Assembly: GCA_050248855.1 (NCBI GenBank) | Contig: JBFWRP010000002.1 | Coordinates: 234,608-298,607 of the forward strand | Direction of reading: 5' to 3' | DNA length: 64,000 nt | DNA from: Planctomycetota bacterium | Lineage (GTDB): Bacteria > Planctomycetota > PLA2 > JAEUHO01 | Part shown: positions 1 to 9,313 of the stretch, in pieces | Layout of the letters: every line of letters begins with the position of its first letter | How positions within the stretch are numbered: the first letter of the stretch is position 1 | Made by a program: the position numbers and the translations under genes | Notes under the pieces: model-generated | Databases searched by the model: none | The model's input: only the letters and a program-made list of their open reading frames with translations | What the model was told of the DNA's origin: nothing

Positions 1-932
1 GCGAGCCGGTCGATCAGCCTGCGGCGCTGAAGCGGGCGCTGGGCGGCATGCGGGCCGTGATCTCCGCGGCGCCCTTCACGGAGAACCGCACGATCGCCGA
101 GGCCGCCGCGGACGCCGGCGTCCATTACCTCGACCTCACGGAGGACGTCTCCGTCACGCGCTTCGTGAAGGAGCTGGCCGCGTCGGGCCGCGGCGCGGCG
201 TTCGTGCCCCAGTGCGGCGTCGCGCCGGGGTTCATCACCCTGGTGGGCATGCACCTCGTGGAGCAGCTGGACCGCGTCGACACGCTGACGCTGCGCGTCG
301 GCGCCTTGCCCGACCAGCCCAACAACCGCCTCAAGTACAACCTGACGTGGTCCACGGAGGGGCTCGTCAACGAGTACCTCCACCCGTGCGAGGCGCTGCG
401 CGGCGGCAAGCTGGTGACGGTGCCGCCGCTCGAGGGCAAGGAAGAGATCATCGTGGACGGCGTCGCCTACGAGGCGTTCACGACGTCCGGGGGCGTGGGC
501 ACCCTTTGCCACACGCTCGAGGGCCGCGTGAAGCGCTTGGACTACAAGACCATGCGCTACCCGGATCACCTCGAGCTGATCCGCTTCCTGCTGGACGACC
601 TGCGCTTCCGCGAGTCGCCCGAGGAGCTGGTGCGGATCTTCCAGCGCTCCATTCCCACGACGCGCGACGACGTCGTCCTGGTCTCGGCGCGCGCGCTGGG
701 CTACGTGGGCGACCAGTTCGTGGAGCGCACGTGGTGGCGGCGGGTGGGCAGCCAGATGATCGGAACGCACGCGTTCACCGGCATCGAGCTGTCCACGGCA
801 GCCGGTGTCGCAGGACCGCTGCACCTGCTGCTCGACGGGCACCTGCCGGCGAAGGGCTTGATCAAGCTCGAGTCGATCCCGTTGGCGGACTTCCTGGCCA
901 CGCCCTTCGGCCGCTGGATCGGCCGTGCCTGA
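1..932 (+). CDS. Saccharopine dehydrogenase / lysine 6-dehydrogenase family protein (5' end outside the window)
   Basis: Frame is open from the window edge. Motifs HYLDLTED, PQCGVAPG, VGALP, YNLTWSTEGLVNEY, EAFTTSGG, YKTMRYP. Confidence 0.85.
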   Translation, partial: EPVDQPAALKRALGGMRAVISAAPFTENRTIAEAAADAGVHYLDLTEDVSVTRFVKELAASGRGAAFVPQCGVAPGFITLVGMHLVEQLDRVDTLTLRVGALPDQPNNRLKYNLTWSTEGLVNEYLHPCEALRGGKLVTVPPLEGKEEIIVDGVAYEAFTTSGGVGTLCHTLEGRVKRLDYKTMRYPDHLELIRFLLDDLRFRESPEELVRIFQRSIPTTRDDVVLVSARALGYVGDQFVERTWWRRVGSQMIGTHAFTGIELSTAAGVAGPLHLLLDGHLPAKGLIKLESIPLADFLATPFGRWIGRA

Positions 933-1596
933 ACACGGGCCCCTCGTGCTCCGGCTCGCGTTCCTCGGCGCGTGGCAGAGCCACCGCCGCGGCAGCTGGA
1001 ACGAGGAGGTCGCGCCACACGCCGACCTCGTCTTGCCCAGCCGCTCGTTGGGTGCCGGCAAGCGCTGGCTGCGCCGCCGCGTCGAGGCCGCGTCGGCGGC
1101 TTCGGTCGAGGTCCGCTTGGTGGGCTACTCGTGGGGCGCGGTGACTGCCGGACACCTCGCGTCGGACCTCCTGGCCGACCGGGTGTTCGGGCCCGACCGC
1201 CCGAGCTCCCTGTTCGTGCGCTTGGGCCTGCTCGATCCGGTGGGGACGCTGCGCAAGTCGTTTGCGCTGCCGGCCGGCGACTCGCGGCTCCACGCGTGGT
1301 GCGTCTTCCAGCGCAACGGCTGCTACCAGGGCTGTCCCGGACCCTCGGCGCTCTACCGCGGTCATCCGGTGCGAGGTGCGGACAACCGCGACGTCACGCA
1401 TGCGGGCCTGGACGTACCGCCGGTGGATCACGTCCCCCCCGAGCGCGCGCCGGACCACTTGCAGCTGGGCTACCGGGCGTGGGGCGGGTTCGGCCGCCGC
1501 CTGGTCACCGTCCTTGGCGGCGAGGCGCCGTGGGCGCCTGACGAGGCGCTCGCCCCGGAAACGACACCGCCGAGGTCCGGCGGACCCCGGCGGTAG
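925..1596 (+). CDS. Hypothetical small alpha/beta-hydrolase-like protein
   Basis: GYSWG nucleophile-elbow-like motif followed by LGLLDPV. Start overlaps the upstream stop. Confidence 0.5.
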   Translation: MPEHGPLVLRLAFLGAWQSHRRGSWNEEVAPHADLVLPSRSLGAGKRWLRRRVEAASAASVEVRLVGYSWGAVTAGHLASDLLADRVFGPDRPSSLFVRLGLLDPVGTLRKSFALPAGDSRLHAWCVFQRNGCYQGCPGPSALYRGHPVRGADNRDVTHAGLDVPPVDHVPPERAPDHLQLGYRAWGGFGRRLVTVLGGEAPWAPDEALAPETTPPRSGGPRR

Positions 1597-1646
1597 CCGT
1601 TCGCGTGCGGGAGCCCGGTCAGAGCCTGGGAAGAAATCCCAGCGTC

Positions 1647-2582
1647 TCAGTTGCTGACGGACGACAGCACGGCGTAGAGCGCTGCGGCCGGGTTCTCCCA
1701 GTTCGTGCCCTCGATGCGACCGACAAGCTGACCGCTCTTGTAGATGAGGCCTGCGGGCAGCTTGCCGATGGACCGCGCCTTGACCTCGGGGTCGTCGTAG
1801 TAGCCGGGATCTCCCCCCACGGGCGGCAGGCCGTAGAACCGGAGCGACACTTCGGTCGCCTTGGGGTTGGTCTTCTTCATCGCGGCCAGGTGCGTGTGCG
1901 CCGTGGCGATGATGCGCGGCAAGTAGCGCTCGCACTGCGTGCACCACGTGCCGAAGTACATGTCGACGCGCCACGCGCCGCCGACCGATGCCAGCTTGGC
2001 CAGCGACTCGGGGTCCGGGGTGTACATCATCACTTCGGCGTTGAAGCGCTTGTTGCTGTCCAACACCTCCTGCAGCGTCTTCCAACCGAGCAGCATCGGA
2101 GCGTCCTTGATGACGCCGCGAACGGGCTCGCTGCCCCCGGCCCGTACCAGGTCGAAGAGCAGCCACTGCATCTGCGGATCGATGCGCACCGGGCCCAGCT
2201 CGGTGAGGGCCGCGTCGAGCTTGAGATCGCGCGAGAGGTCGTCGTTGACGGTGATGTCCTCGGGGCGCACCTTGAGGACGCGCAGACCCATGCGCTTGAC
2301 GATGAGCGCGCCGTAGCCGGGCACGTCCGTGACCAAGCACGAGTGGTGCGACTTGTTGCGCCCGACCTTCACGTAGCGGTCGTACACGCGCGCCCGCTCG
2401 ACGGGCTCGCCGTCCAGCGTCAACAAGCGGCTGGACGGGTGGTAGGCGTTGTACTCCGGGTGCTTGTCCTGGGCCGAGGCCGAGCTGCCGGCGGCCACCC
2501 AGGCTCCGAGACCGGTCAGGAACGCCAAGGCCAGCAGGGACACGCGAGCGACGCGCGTCCTGATGGGGCGGGACGGGTTCAC
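1647..2582 (-). CDS. Exported thioredoxin-fold protein
   Basis: GTG start after GGAGG, signal peptide, C-terminal YFGTWCTQC and LPAGLIYKSGQLVGRIEG. Confidence 0.8.
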   Translation of the reverse strand: MNPSRPIRTRVARVSLLALAFLTGLGAWVAAGSSASAQDKHPEYNAYHPSSRLLTLDGEPVERARVYDRYVKVGRNKSHHSCLVTDVPGYGALIVKRMGLRVLKVRPEDITVNDDLSRDLKLDAALTELGPVRIDPQMQWLLFDLVRAGGSEPVRGVIKDAPMLLGWKTLQEVLDSNKRFNAEVMMYTPDPESLAKLASVGGAWRVDMYFGTWCTQCERYLPRIIATAHTHLAAMKKTNPKATEVSLRFYGLPPVGGDPGYYDDPEVKARSIGKLPAGLIYKSGQLVGRIEGTNWENPAAALYAVLSSVSN

Positions 2583-2714
2583 GATCGATTCCTCCGGGGC
2601 GCGCCTCCCGGGAGCCGAGGCGTCCGGCCCCACCTTACCCGCCGGGGTGGGCCTTGCCCCCCCCGCGGCGCGCTGCAACCCGGCTCGCGAGCGCCTGCGC
2701 CGCGCAATCCGGGG

Positions 2715-3779
2715 TCACGGATCGATCCCCGGCAGCGTCGGGATGCCGGTCCACGTGGCCACGACCTTCCCGTCGTGGACCAGGAACGTGCGCGGCAAGC
2801 GGCGGTGCAGGATCGTGAGCAGCGGCTCGGGGATCGTGCGGATCTGGAACAGCGCGGGCGGGCGGTCGGCAGACGGATCACCAGCGGCCCACGGCGACTC
2901 GTTGTCGCCCTCGACGTGCGTCAGCACCCAGGGCTCGGGTGCTTGGAGCGGCGCGCCTCCAGCCGCCTCGCGTTCGTCGCTCTCGAGGTACCAAGCCTCC
3001 GCATACGCATTGAGGCGCGCGACGGCGGCGTCCATGGCGGGTTCTTCCAGACGCGAGAGGATGACGAGGTGGCGGCCCGTCGCAAGAGGAGGCACGACGT
3101 TGCCCGGTCCGCCGAGGCACGCCATGTCCTCTCCGGACCCGACGCACAGCTCGGCCACGTCCACGCCGGGCGCCAGCTTCGTGGCGTAGTCGTCCAGCGC
3201 GTCGATGTCCGGCGCGAACCAGGCGAACACCGTGGCCGCGACGGCCAGGGCCAGCGCCGTCAGCGTGCGGCGGCGCGGGACGCGCGGCGGGCCCTTGGGT
3301 CGCCCGAGGAAGGCGAGGAGCGCAGGGAAGAGCAGCAGCCCCAGGTCCTGGAAGAAGGCCTCCTTCGGCGTCCGCGTGACGACCTTGCCGAAGCACCCGC
3401 AGCCGGTGAGCGGGTCGATCAGGCCGTGCTCGACCTTCCACCACTCGTTGGCCGTGATCGAGAGGAAGAGGGCGGTCAACAGGAGCGCGGGAACCAGGAC
3501 CCAGAGACGGCGCACGTTGAAGAGCAGGAGGGCGCCGATCAGCGTCTCCAGGAAGAGCGTGGCCAAGGCCATGAACCGTCCCGGGAGGCCGAACGTGAGG
3601 TCGAGCTCCAGCCCGGGGACCACGATCCCGTTGGTCTCCATGTGCTCGGTGAAGCCGTCGGGATCCAGCGCCTTGCCGTAGACGCCAAACAAGAGGACGC
3701 CGCCCAGGACCAAGGCGGCCAGGACGCCGACCGCCACGGCCAGCCGCGAGGGCCGTTCGCTTGCCTCGTGCGTCGTCAC
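2715..3779 (-). CDS. MauE/DoxX-family membrane protein with a C-terminal thioredoxin-like region
   Basis: Several TM helices, GKALDP..F, GCGCFG, and C-terminal PRTFLVHDGKVVATW. Confidence 0.75.
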   Translation of the reverse strand: MTTHEASERPSRLAVAVGVLAALVLGGVLLFGVYGKALDPDGFTEHMETNGIVVPGLELDLTFGLPGRFMALATLFLETLIGALLLFNVRRLWVLVPALLLTALFLSITANEWWKVEHGLIDPLTGCGCFGKVVTRTPKEAFFQDLGLLLFPALLAFLGRPKGPPRVPRRRTLTALALAVAATVFAWFAPDIDALDDYATKLAPGVDVAELCVGSGEDMACLGGPGNVVPPLATGRHLVILSRLEEPAMDAAVARLNAYAEAWYLESDEREAAGGAPLQAPEPWVLTHVEGDNESPWAAGDPSADRPPALFQIRTIPEPLLTILHRRLPRTFLVHDGKVVATWTGIPTLPGIDP

Positions 3780-3990
3780 GTGCGCGTCTCCCGGGGGCCC
3801 GCGAACGAGGCTACCCCTCCCTGCATCCGGTGCCCTGCGCGCCCCGCGCACGGGCGTCCGCGCGTGAGGATTCGCGAAAGGCCCCCGTCACGCGCTCGTC
3901 ATGCGAGCGCGCGGCTCGGGCCTGCCCCGGCATGCGGCGGGTCCGTGAACGCTGGGGGGGTCGGTGGCGCAGGGTGGTTGCGCGAACCCG

Positions 3991-4087
3991 ATACGGAGCC
4001 AGGGATTTGTTCCGCGATTCGCATCACGCCCAAGGAGCCGCCGGGGCGCCCTGCGGCGAGTCGCCGAACAATTCCCAGGCTCCACCC
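3991..4087. repeat. Degenerate copy of the GTACGGAG palindromic element
   Basis: ATACGGAGCCAGGGATTTGTTCCGCGATTCGC resembles the left arm at 34286 (GTACGGAGGCGGGGAATTCTTCCGCAACTTGC). It pairs with GCGAGTCGCCGAACAATTCCCAGGCTCC. Length is about 97 bp. Confidence 0.65.
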
Positions 4088-4154
4088 CCGAGTTGCGCAG
4101 GGAGCCCTCTACCTCGCGCTTCCGACACGCATCGGGTCGTCAGGACGAAGGTAG

Positions 4155-4212
4155 CGCGCCAGCATCGGCGACGACTCGTGGTCTGTTCACTCGAGGAGCC
4201 GATGCTGGTGCG
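4155..4212. other. Intergenic stem-loop
   Basis: Perfect 11-bp core CCAGCATCGGC (4159-4169) / GCCGATGCTGG (4198-4208), extendable. Confidence 0.6.
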
Positions 4213-4264
4213 GGACCGAGTATCTGGCGAGCCGCCCGTTCGTACGCCAGGGTGCTACCGCACC

Positions 4265-4675
4265 CTACCCGCAGGCCTTGCCGCCGGCGCCGCAGGCTCC
4301 GCCGCCGGAGGGGGCGGGAGCCGGAGCCGGGGCCGGGTAGCTACCACCGTAGGGGTCCTGGTAGCTGGGCGCCGGGTAGCCGGGATCGGGGTAGGTCGGC
4401 GTCGTGTAGCCCGGATCCGTGTAGCCCGGATCCGAGTAGCCATAGCCCGAGTCGTAGCTGGGCGGCGTGTACGAGGGCTCGTAGGCGCCACCGGGCGGCG
4501 TGTAGGACGGCGCCTCGGGGGGCGTGTACGGCGTCGTGTCGCGCGGGGGCGCGGGATCGGCCGAGCCGCCACCCGAGAAGAGCCCGAGCGGGTCGGGCAG
4601 GCTCGGGCCGCCCGAGCAGGCGGCGAGCCCGGTCACGAGGCCGGCGGCGACGAGCAAGGCAAGCAGACGGGTCAT
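4265..4675 (-). CDS. Pro/Tyr-rich lipoprotein with a C-terminal GACGAGGKACG tail
   Basis: MTRLLALLVAAGLVTGLAA-C lipobox, GGAGG upstream, YTPP and YxDPG repeats. Confidence 0.75.
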   Translation of the reverse strand: MTRLLALLVAAGLVTGLAACSGGPSLPDPLGLFSGGGSADPAPPRDTTPYTPPEAPSYTPPGGAYEPSYTPPSYDSGYGYSDPGYTDPGYTTPTYPDPGYPAPSYQDPYGGSYPAPAPAPAPSGGGACGAGGKACG

Positions 4676-4871
4676 CGGAGTGACCTCCCGGAGGTTGGCG
4701 GGCCGGACGTGGATCCAGCCCGGCGCAGCACCGTACCCGTGGCGTGGGCCGCCGCGCAACCCGGGACGGGGTGCACGCCGTGCCTGCCCGCTCCCCGCCG
4801 CGAGGGCCGGCGGTCCCCTGGAGGGGAAAGCGTGGCCCCCGGGCCCTCGCCGGGGAACCATGCGCGGGCCC

Positions 4872-7800
4872 ATGGCCGCCGAGGAGATCCTGGAGCTCGC
4901 CGACGCCTACCTCGCCCACCTCGACGCGGGGGGCGGGCTGGAGCCCGAGGCGTTCCTCCACGAGCGCGGGGTCACCAGCGCGGAGGCGCTGGACCTGCTC
5001 CGCACGCTGGCCTCGATCGAAGGCGAGCACGGGCGGCTCCCGGCGCCTGGGGAGCACGTCGGCCCGTACCGCGTCCTGGCGCGCATCGGCCGCGGTGGCA
5101 TGGGCGTCGTCTATCGCGCGCAGGACACGCGCCTCGGGCGGGCCGTGGCGCTCAAGGTCTGCCGCCGCGCCGCGTTGCCGGAGCACGGCGAGCAGCGCTT
5201 CGAACGCGAGGCGCGCGCGCTGGCCTCGCTGCGCCACCCGCACGTGGTGCAGGTGTTCGACCTCGGTGGGTCGCGCGCGCTCCTCTGGTACGCGATGGAG
5301 CTCCACGAGGGCCGCACGCTCGAGGACGTGCTGGCCGACGGGCCGTGGGCCCTGCCCTTCGCCGAGCTCGCGTCCCGGTTCGCCGACGTTGCCGAAGCGC
5401 TCCACGCCGTGCACGAAGCCGGGCTGGTGCACCGCGACGTGAAGCCCGCCAACCTGCTGCTCCGTCCCGACGAGCGGCTCGTGCTCGCCGACTTCGGCGT
5501 CGTCCACTGGGACGAAGCCAGTACGCTGACCTCCACGCGCGACTTGCCGGGCACGCCTGCGTACATGGCGCCGGAGCAGGTGCGCGGCGACCCGCCGGAC
5601 GCGGCGGCCGACCAGTACGGCCTCGCGGCCTGTCTGTACCAGGCGATCACCGGCGACTGGCCGCTGCGCCATCTGGGGCTGAAGGACGTCCTCGCCGAGC
5701 GCAGCCGCATGGGCATCCCCGTGCCTCGCACGCTGCGACCCGAGGTGCCCGAGGCGCTGGAGGCCGCCGTCCTGCGTGCGCTCGCGCTGGATCCCGCCGC
5801 CCGGCACCCGGACGTGGAGGCGTTCGCCATGGCCCTGCGCGCCGTCGCGCTCGCGCCGGGCTCGCGCGACCTCTGGTGCGGACGCCGCGTCGGCGATTAC
5901 GAGGTCCTCGAACGTCTGGGCACGGGGGCGATGGGCGCGGTCTACCGCGCTCGTCACGTCGCGGACGACCAGCTGGTCGCGCTCAAGATCCTCCATCCGC
6001 ATCGCATCGGTGGCGGCGACGCGTTGCAGCGCATCCGTCGCGAGGCCGAGGCCGGCGCCCGCGTGCTCGACCCGCACGTGCTACGCACCCACGCGTGCGC
6101 GATCGAGGTCGTGGACGGCGCGCCGGTCGTCTACCTCGTGCTCGAGCTCGTGCCGGGCCGCACGCTGCGCGAGCTGCTCGGCGACGTCGGACCGCTGCCC
6201 GAGGCCTTGCTCGTCGAGGTTGGACGTCAAGCGGCCCTCGGGCTGGCCGCCATCCACGAGGCCGGGATCGTCCATCGCGACGTCAAGCCCGACAACCTCA
6301 TGATCGACGATGCCCAGCGCGTGCGCGTCATGGACCTGGGCGTCGCCGCGGTGGCGGGCGACGAGACGAGCGGCGGCTTCGTGGGCAGCCTGCGCTACGC
6401 CGCGCCGGAGCAGATCGAGGGCCACGCCGTCGGTCCCGCCGCCGACCTGTACGCGCTCGGCGTCACGCTGTACGAGCTGGCGGCGGGCGTGCCGCCGTTC
6501 GCCGCCGACGACCCGCGCCGTCTCGTGCGCTTGCACCTGGAGGCCGCCCCCCGCTTCCCTCTCCGTGACGAGGCGCCACTCGGCCCGTTCCTCGAGAGCG
6601 TGCTCGAGACGCTGCTGGCCAAGCGGCCCGAGGAACGGTTCGCCTCGGCCGCCGAGCTGGCGGCCGTGCTCGAAGCCGGCGAGGGCGGAACGTGGTGGCA
6701 GGCCCACCGCGACCGGCGCGGGAGCGGACGGCATGCGACGTGGCCCGAGGTGCCCGTGCGTCGCAGCACGCGCCTCGTGGGACGCGACGTGTTGCGGGCC
6801 GCGCTGGATGCACGCATCGACGCGCTGCGGCATGGTCAGGGCGGCGTGGTCGTGCTACGCGGCGAGGCAGGCGCGGGCAAGTCCAGGTTGCTCGATGCGC
6901 TGCTGCGCGCCGAAGCCGGGCGCGACCTGCGCGCGATCTACGCTTCGTTCGGCGACGAGTCCGACGTGGCGGCACTTCTTGCAGGGCTCGCCGCGCACCT
7001 GGGCCCCGGGGACCCGACGCCGTTCCTCGAGCGTGCGCTGGCCTCCGCGCCCCCGCTCGTGCCGGGCCTCGCACGTGCGCTGCAAGGAGGCGGCAGCGGC
7101 GGGCTCGAGCCGGCGGCCCTGCGTCGAGGCCTTCGACTGGTGGCCGACGCGCTGGCCCGCACGACGCCGACGCTGTGGGTCGTGGACGACTTCCACGCCG
7201 CCGACGACGCGGCACGCGAGGCCGTCTTCGTGCTGGCGCGCGCCACGCGCGACGTGCCCTTGCTCGTGATCCTGGCGACCGAGCCGGGGCCGGACGAAGC
7301 GTGGGCCCCGGCACTCTCGGGCCTCGCCGTGGACACGCGGGACGTCGGACGTCTGGATGCCGCGTCGTTGGAAGCGCTCGTGGGCTCGGTGTTCGGTGCG
7401 GCCCCGTTCGTGGCCGAGCTCGCGGCGCGGCTCCACGAGGCCAGCGACGGCCTGCCCTTCGCGGCCGTCGAAGTGCTCCATGCGCTGGTGGATCGCGGCG
7501 TCGTCGGTCCGGACGGCGAAGGCGGCTGGCGCGCCGAGCTGCCCATCGACCGGATCGACATGCCGGACGCCGTGCAGGGCCTCTTGGCGTCGCGCTTGGC
7601 CGGGCTCGACGACGACGAGCGGCGCGTGCTGGAGCTGGGCGCCGTCGCCGGCGTCACGTTCGATCCGGACCTCGTGGCGCGCGCGCTCGGCATGACGCGG
7701 CTGCAGGTCCTGCAGACGCTCGTGCACGTGGAGCGCCGCACGCGCTTGGTGCGCAGCAGTCGCCAGGGCGTCCAGCTGGATGTCCCACGCCTGCGCGACC

Positions 7801-9176
7801 TCTTGGTGGAAGGCCTGGGCGATGAGCTCCGCGCCGAAGCCCACGCGAGCCTCGCCGAGGCGCGTGCGGCCCGCGCCGAAGCGCAGGGCGGTACCGGCGG
7901 CGAGGACGCCGTGTTCATCGCCTCGCATCACCTGCGCGGTTCGCGTCCGCAGCAGGCCGTGCCGTGGTTCGTGCCGGCGGTGGCGCACCTGCGTGCAACC
8001 GGGCGCAGCACGGAGGGCGCCCAGCTGCTGGAGCGCGCCAAGGAGCGGCCGATGAAGGGGCTCGCCCCGCGAACCGCCGTCGCCCTGGAGCTGGCGCGCA
8101 TCGAGTGCCTGGTCGACATCGGGCGCATGGCCGAGGCCGGCGAGGCCTTGGCGTGCGCCGTCCGCGACGAAGGGCCGGCCAGCGGTCCTGCCGAGATGCT
8201 CGCCCTGCGGCGGCTGCAGGGCCTCTGGCTCGTTCGCCGCGGGCGGCTCGCGGAGGCTCGTCCGTGGACGGTCGAGGCCATCGAGCTCGCTGCGGCGCTG
8301 GACGCTCCGGCCGAGGGCGCCGCGTGTCGCCTGCTCGCCGCCGATGTCGCGTTGGATGCCGGTGAGTGGGCCGCGGCGCGTCGCCACCTGGACGAGGCCG
8401 TGCGCCTGGCCGAGCGGGCGGACGACACGCCGACGCGACTCGACGCCATTGCCCGCGGCGCGGAGGTCGCCGCCTTGGACGGGGCCTTGGCCCAGGCACT
8501 GGGCCTGGCCGACGAGGCGATCGCCGTGGCGGCGCTGCTCCCGCCCTCTTCCGCGGCCGGCAAGGCGTACCTGGTCCTGGCCCGTGTGCTCCACGCATTG
8601 GGCCGCCTGCCGGCCAGCCTCGATGCCGCGACGAAGGCGCTGCGTCTGGCGACGGCCTTGGGAGATCGCAGGCTCTCGGTGCAGGCCTCCGCGGCTCGCG
8701 CGCTGGTGATCAAGGAGGGTGACGATGCGGCGGCCGCGTACGCAGCGTTCCTGGACGTGCGCGCCGCCAGGCGAGCGCTCGACGATGCTTACGGCTTGGC
8801 GCGTGACGAGCTCGAGTGCTTCCTCGCGGCGCGTCGGCTGGGTCGGGGGGATGCGGCACGTGCGCATCTCGTCGCGGCGCACGAGCTGGCGGGTCGTGTA
8901 GGCAGCTTGGGCCTCGCGCTGCGCGTCGAGGCCGCCCGCGCGCTCGGGGGCATCGTGGACGCCGTCGAGACGCGAGAGCGGCTCGAGCGCGAGCAGGCGC
9001 GGCTGGCTCCCCTTCATGCCGTGGCGGCGTGGTGGTGGGTCGCCGAGGCCGGTGGCGGTGCTGCGGCCGCGAGGCGTGCACGCGAGGCCTTGGACCACCT
9101 GGTCACCGGCGCTCCCCCCGACGACCGCGCGACGCTGGTCAGGAACGTCGCCCTGCATCGCGACCTTGCCCGCTGA
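4872..9176 (+). CDS. Tandem Ser/Thr kinase - AAA/STAND-like NTPase - TPR-like protein (alternative start 4860)
   Basis: Kinase 1: GRGGMGVVY, VALK, HRDVKPAN, DFG, APE. Kinase 2: GTGAMGAVY, VALK, HRDVKPDN, DLG, APE. P-loop GEAGAGKS at about 6861, Walker B WVVDDFH, Ala/Leu-rich helical C-terminus. Confidence 0.9.
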   Translation: MAAEEILELADAYLAHLDAGGGLEPEAFLHERGVTSAEALDLLRTLASIEGEHGRLPAPGEHVGPYRVLARIGRGGMGVVYRAQDTRLGRAVALKVCRRAALPEHGEQRFEREARALASLRHPHVVQVFDLGGSRALLWYAMELHEGRTLEDVLADGPWALPFAELASRFADVAEALHAVHEAGLVHRDVKPANLLLRPDERLVLADFGVVHWDEASTLTSTRDLPGTPAYMAPEQVRGDPPDAAADQYGLAACLYQAITGDWPLRHLGLKDVLAERSRMGIPVPRTLRPEVPEALEAAVLRALALDPAARHPDVEAFAMALRAVALAPGSRDLWCGRRVGDYEVLERLGTGAMGAVYRARHVADDQLVALKILHPHRIGGGDALQRIRREAEAGARVLDPHVLRTHACAIEVVDGAPVVYLVLELVPGRTLRELLGDVGPLPEALLVEVGRQAALGLAAIHEAGIVHRDVKPDNLMIDDAQRVRVMDLGVAAVAGDETSGGFVGSLRYAAPEQIEGHAVGPAADLYALGVTLYELAAGVPPFAADDPRRLVRLHLEAAPRFPLRDEAPLGPFLESVLETLLAKRPEERFASAAELAAVLEAGEGGTWWQAHRDRRGSGRHATWPEVPVRRSTRLVGRDVLRAALDARIDALRHGQGGVVVLRGEAGAGKSRLLDALLRAEAGRDLRAIYASFGDESDVAALLAGLAAHLGPGDPTPFLERALASAPPLVPGLARALQGGGSGGLEPAALRRGLRLVADALARTTPTLWVVDDFHAADDAAREAVFVLARATRDVPLLVILATEPGPDEAWAPALSGLAVDTRDVGRLDAASLEALVGSVFGAAPFVAELAARLHEASDGLPFAAVEVLHALVDRGVVGPDGEGGWRAELPIDRIDMPDAVQGLLASRLAGLDDDERRVLELGAVAGVTFDPDLVARALGMTRLQVLQTLVHVERRTRLVRSSRQGVQLDVPRLRDLLVEGLGDELRAEAHASLAEARAARAEAQGGTGGEDAVFIASHHLRGSRPQQAVPWFVPAVAHLRATGRSTEGAQLLERAKERPMKGLAPRTAVALELARIECLVDIGRMAEAGEALACAVRDEGPASGPAEMLALRRLQGLWLVRRGRLAEARPWTVEAIELAAALDAPAEGAACRLLAADVALDAGEWAAARRHLDEAVRLAERADDTPTRLDAIARGAEVAALDGALAQALGLADEAIAVAALLPPSSAAGKAYLVLARVLHALGRLPASLDAATKALRLATALGDRRLSVQASAARALVIKEGDDAAAAYAAFLDVRAARRALDDAYGLARDELECFLAARRLGRGDAARAHLVAAHELAGRVGSLGLALRVEAARALGGIVDAVETRERLEREQARLAPLHAVAAWWWVAEAGGGAAAARRAREALDHLVTGAPPDDRATLVRNVALHRDLAR

Positions 9177-9224
9177 CGACGACGCGCCCGGCTCCGTACG
9201 GCCCATGCCGACGCCAAAACGGAA

Positions 9225-9305
9225 GCGAGGCTGGAAAGCGTCGCTTCCCAGCCTCGCAGGCTTTCGCTTGTAGGTGTCAGAGCCTGAGATCTCTTCTCAG
9301 GCTCT
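9225..9305. terminator. Two hairpins between convergent genes
   Basis: GCGAGGCTGGAAAGCG/CGCTTCCCAGCCTCGC (9225-9257) and a perfect 11-bp AGAGCCTGAGA/TCTCAGGCTCT (9279-9305). No clear U-tract. Confidence 0.5.
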
Positions 9306-9313
9306 AGCGTCGA

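Noticed and set aside
3960..4160. 6S RNA, SRP RNA or tmRNA
   Set aside because: The core hairpin matches the GTACGGAG repeat family. CAGGACGAAGGTAGC only loosely resembles SRP helix 8, and there are no tRNA-like ends.
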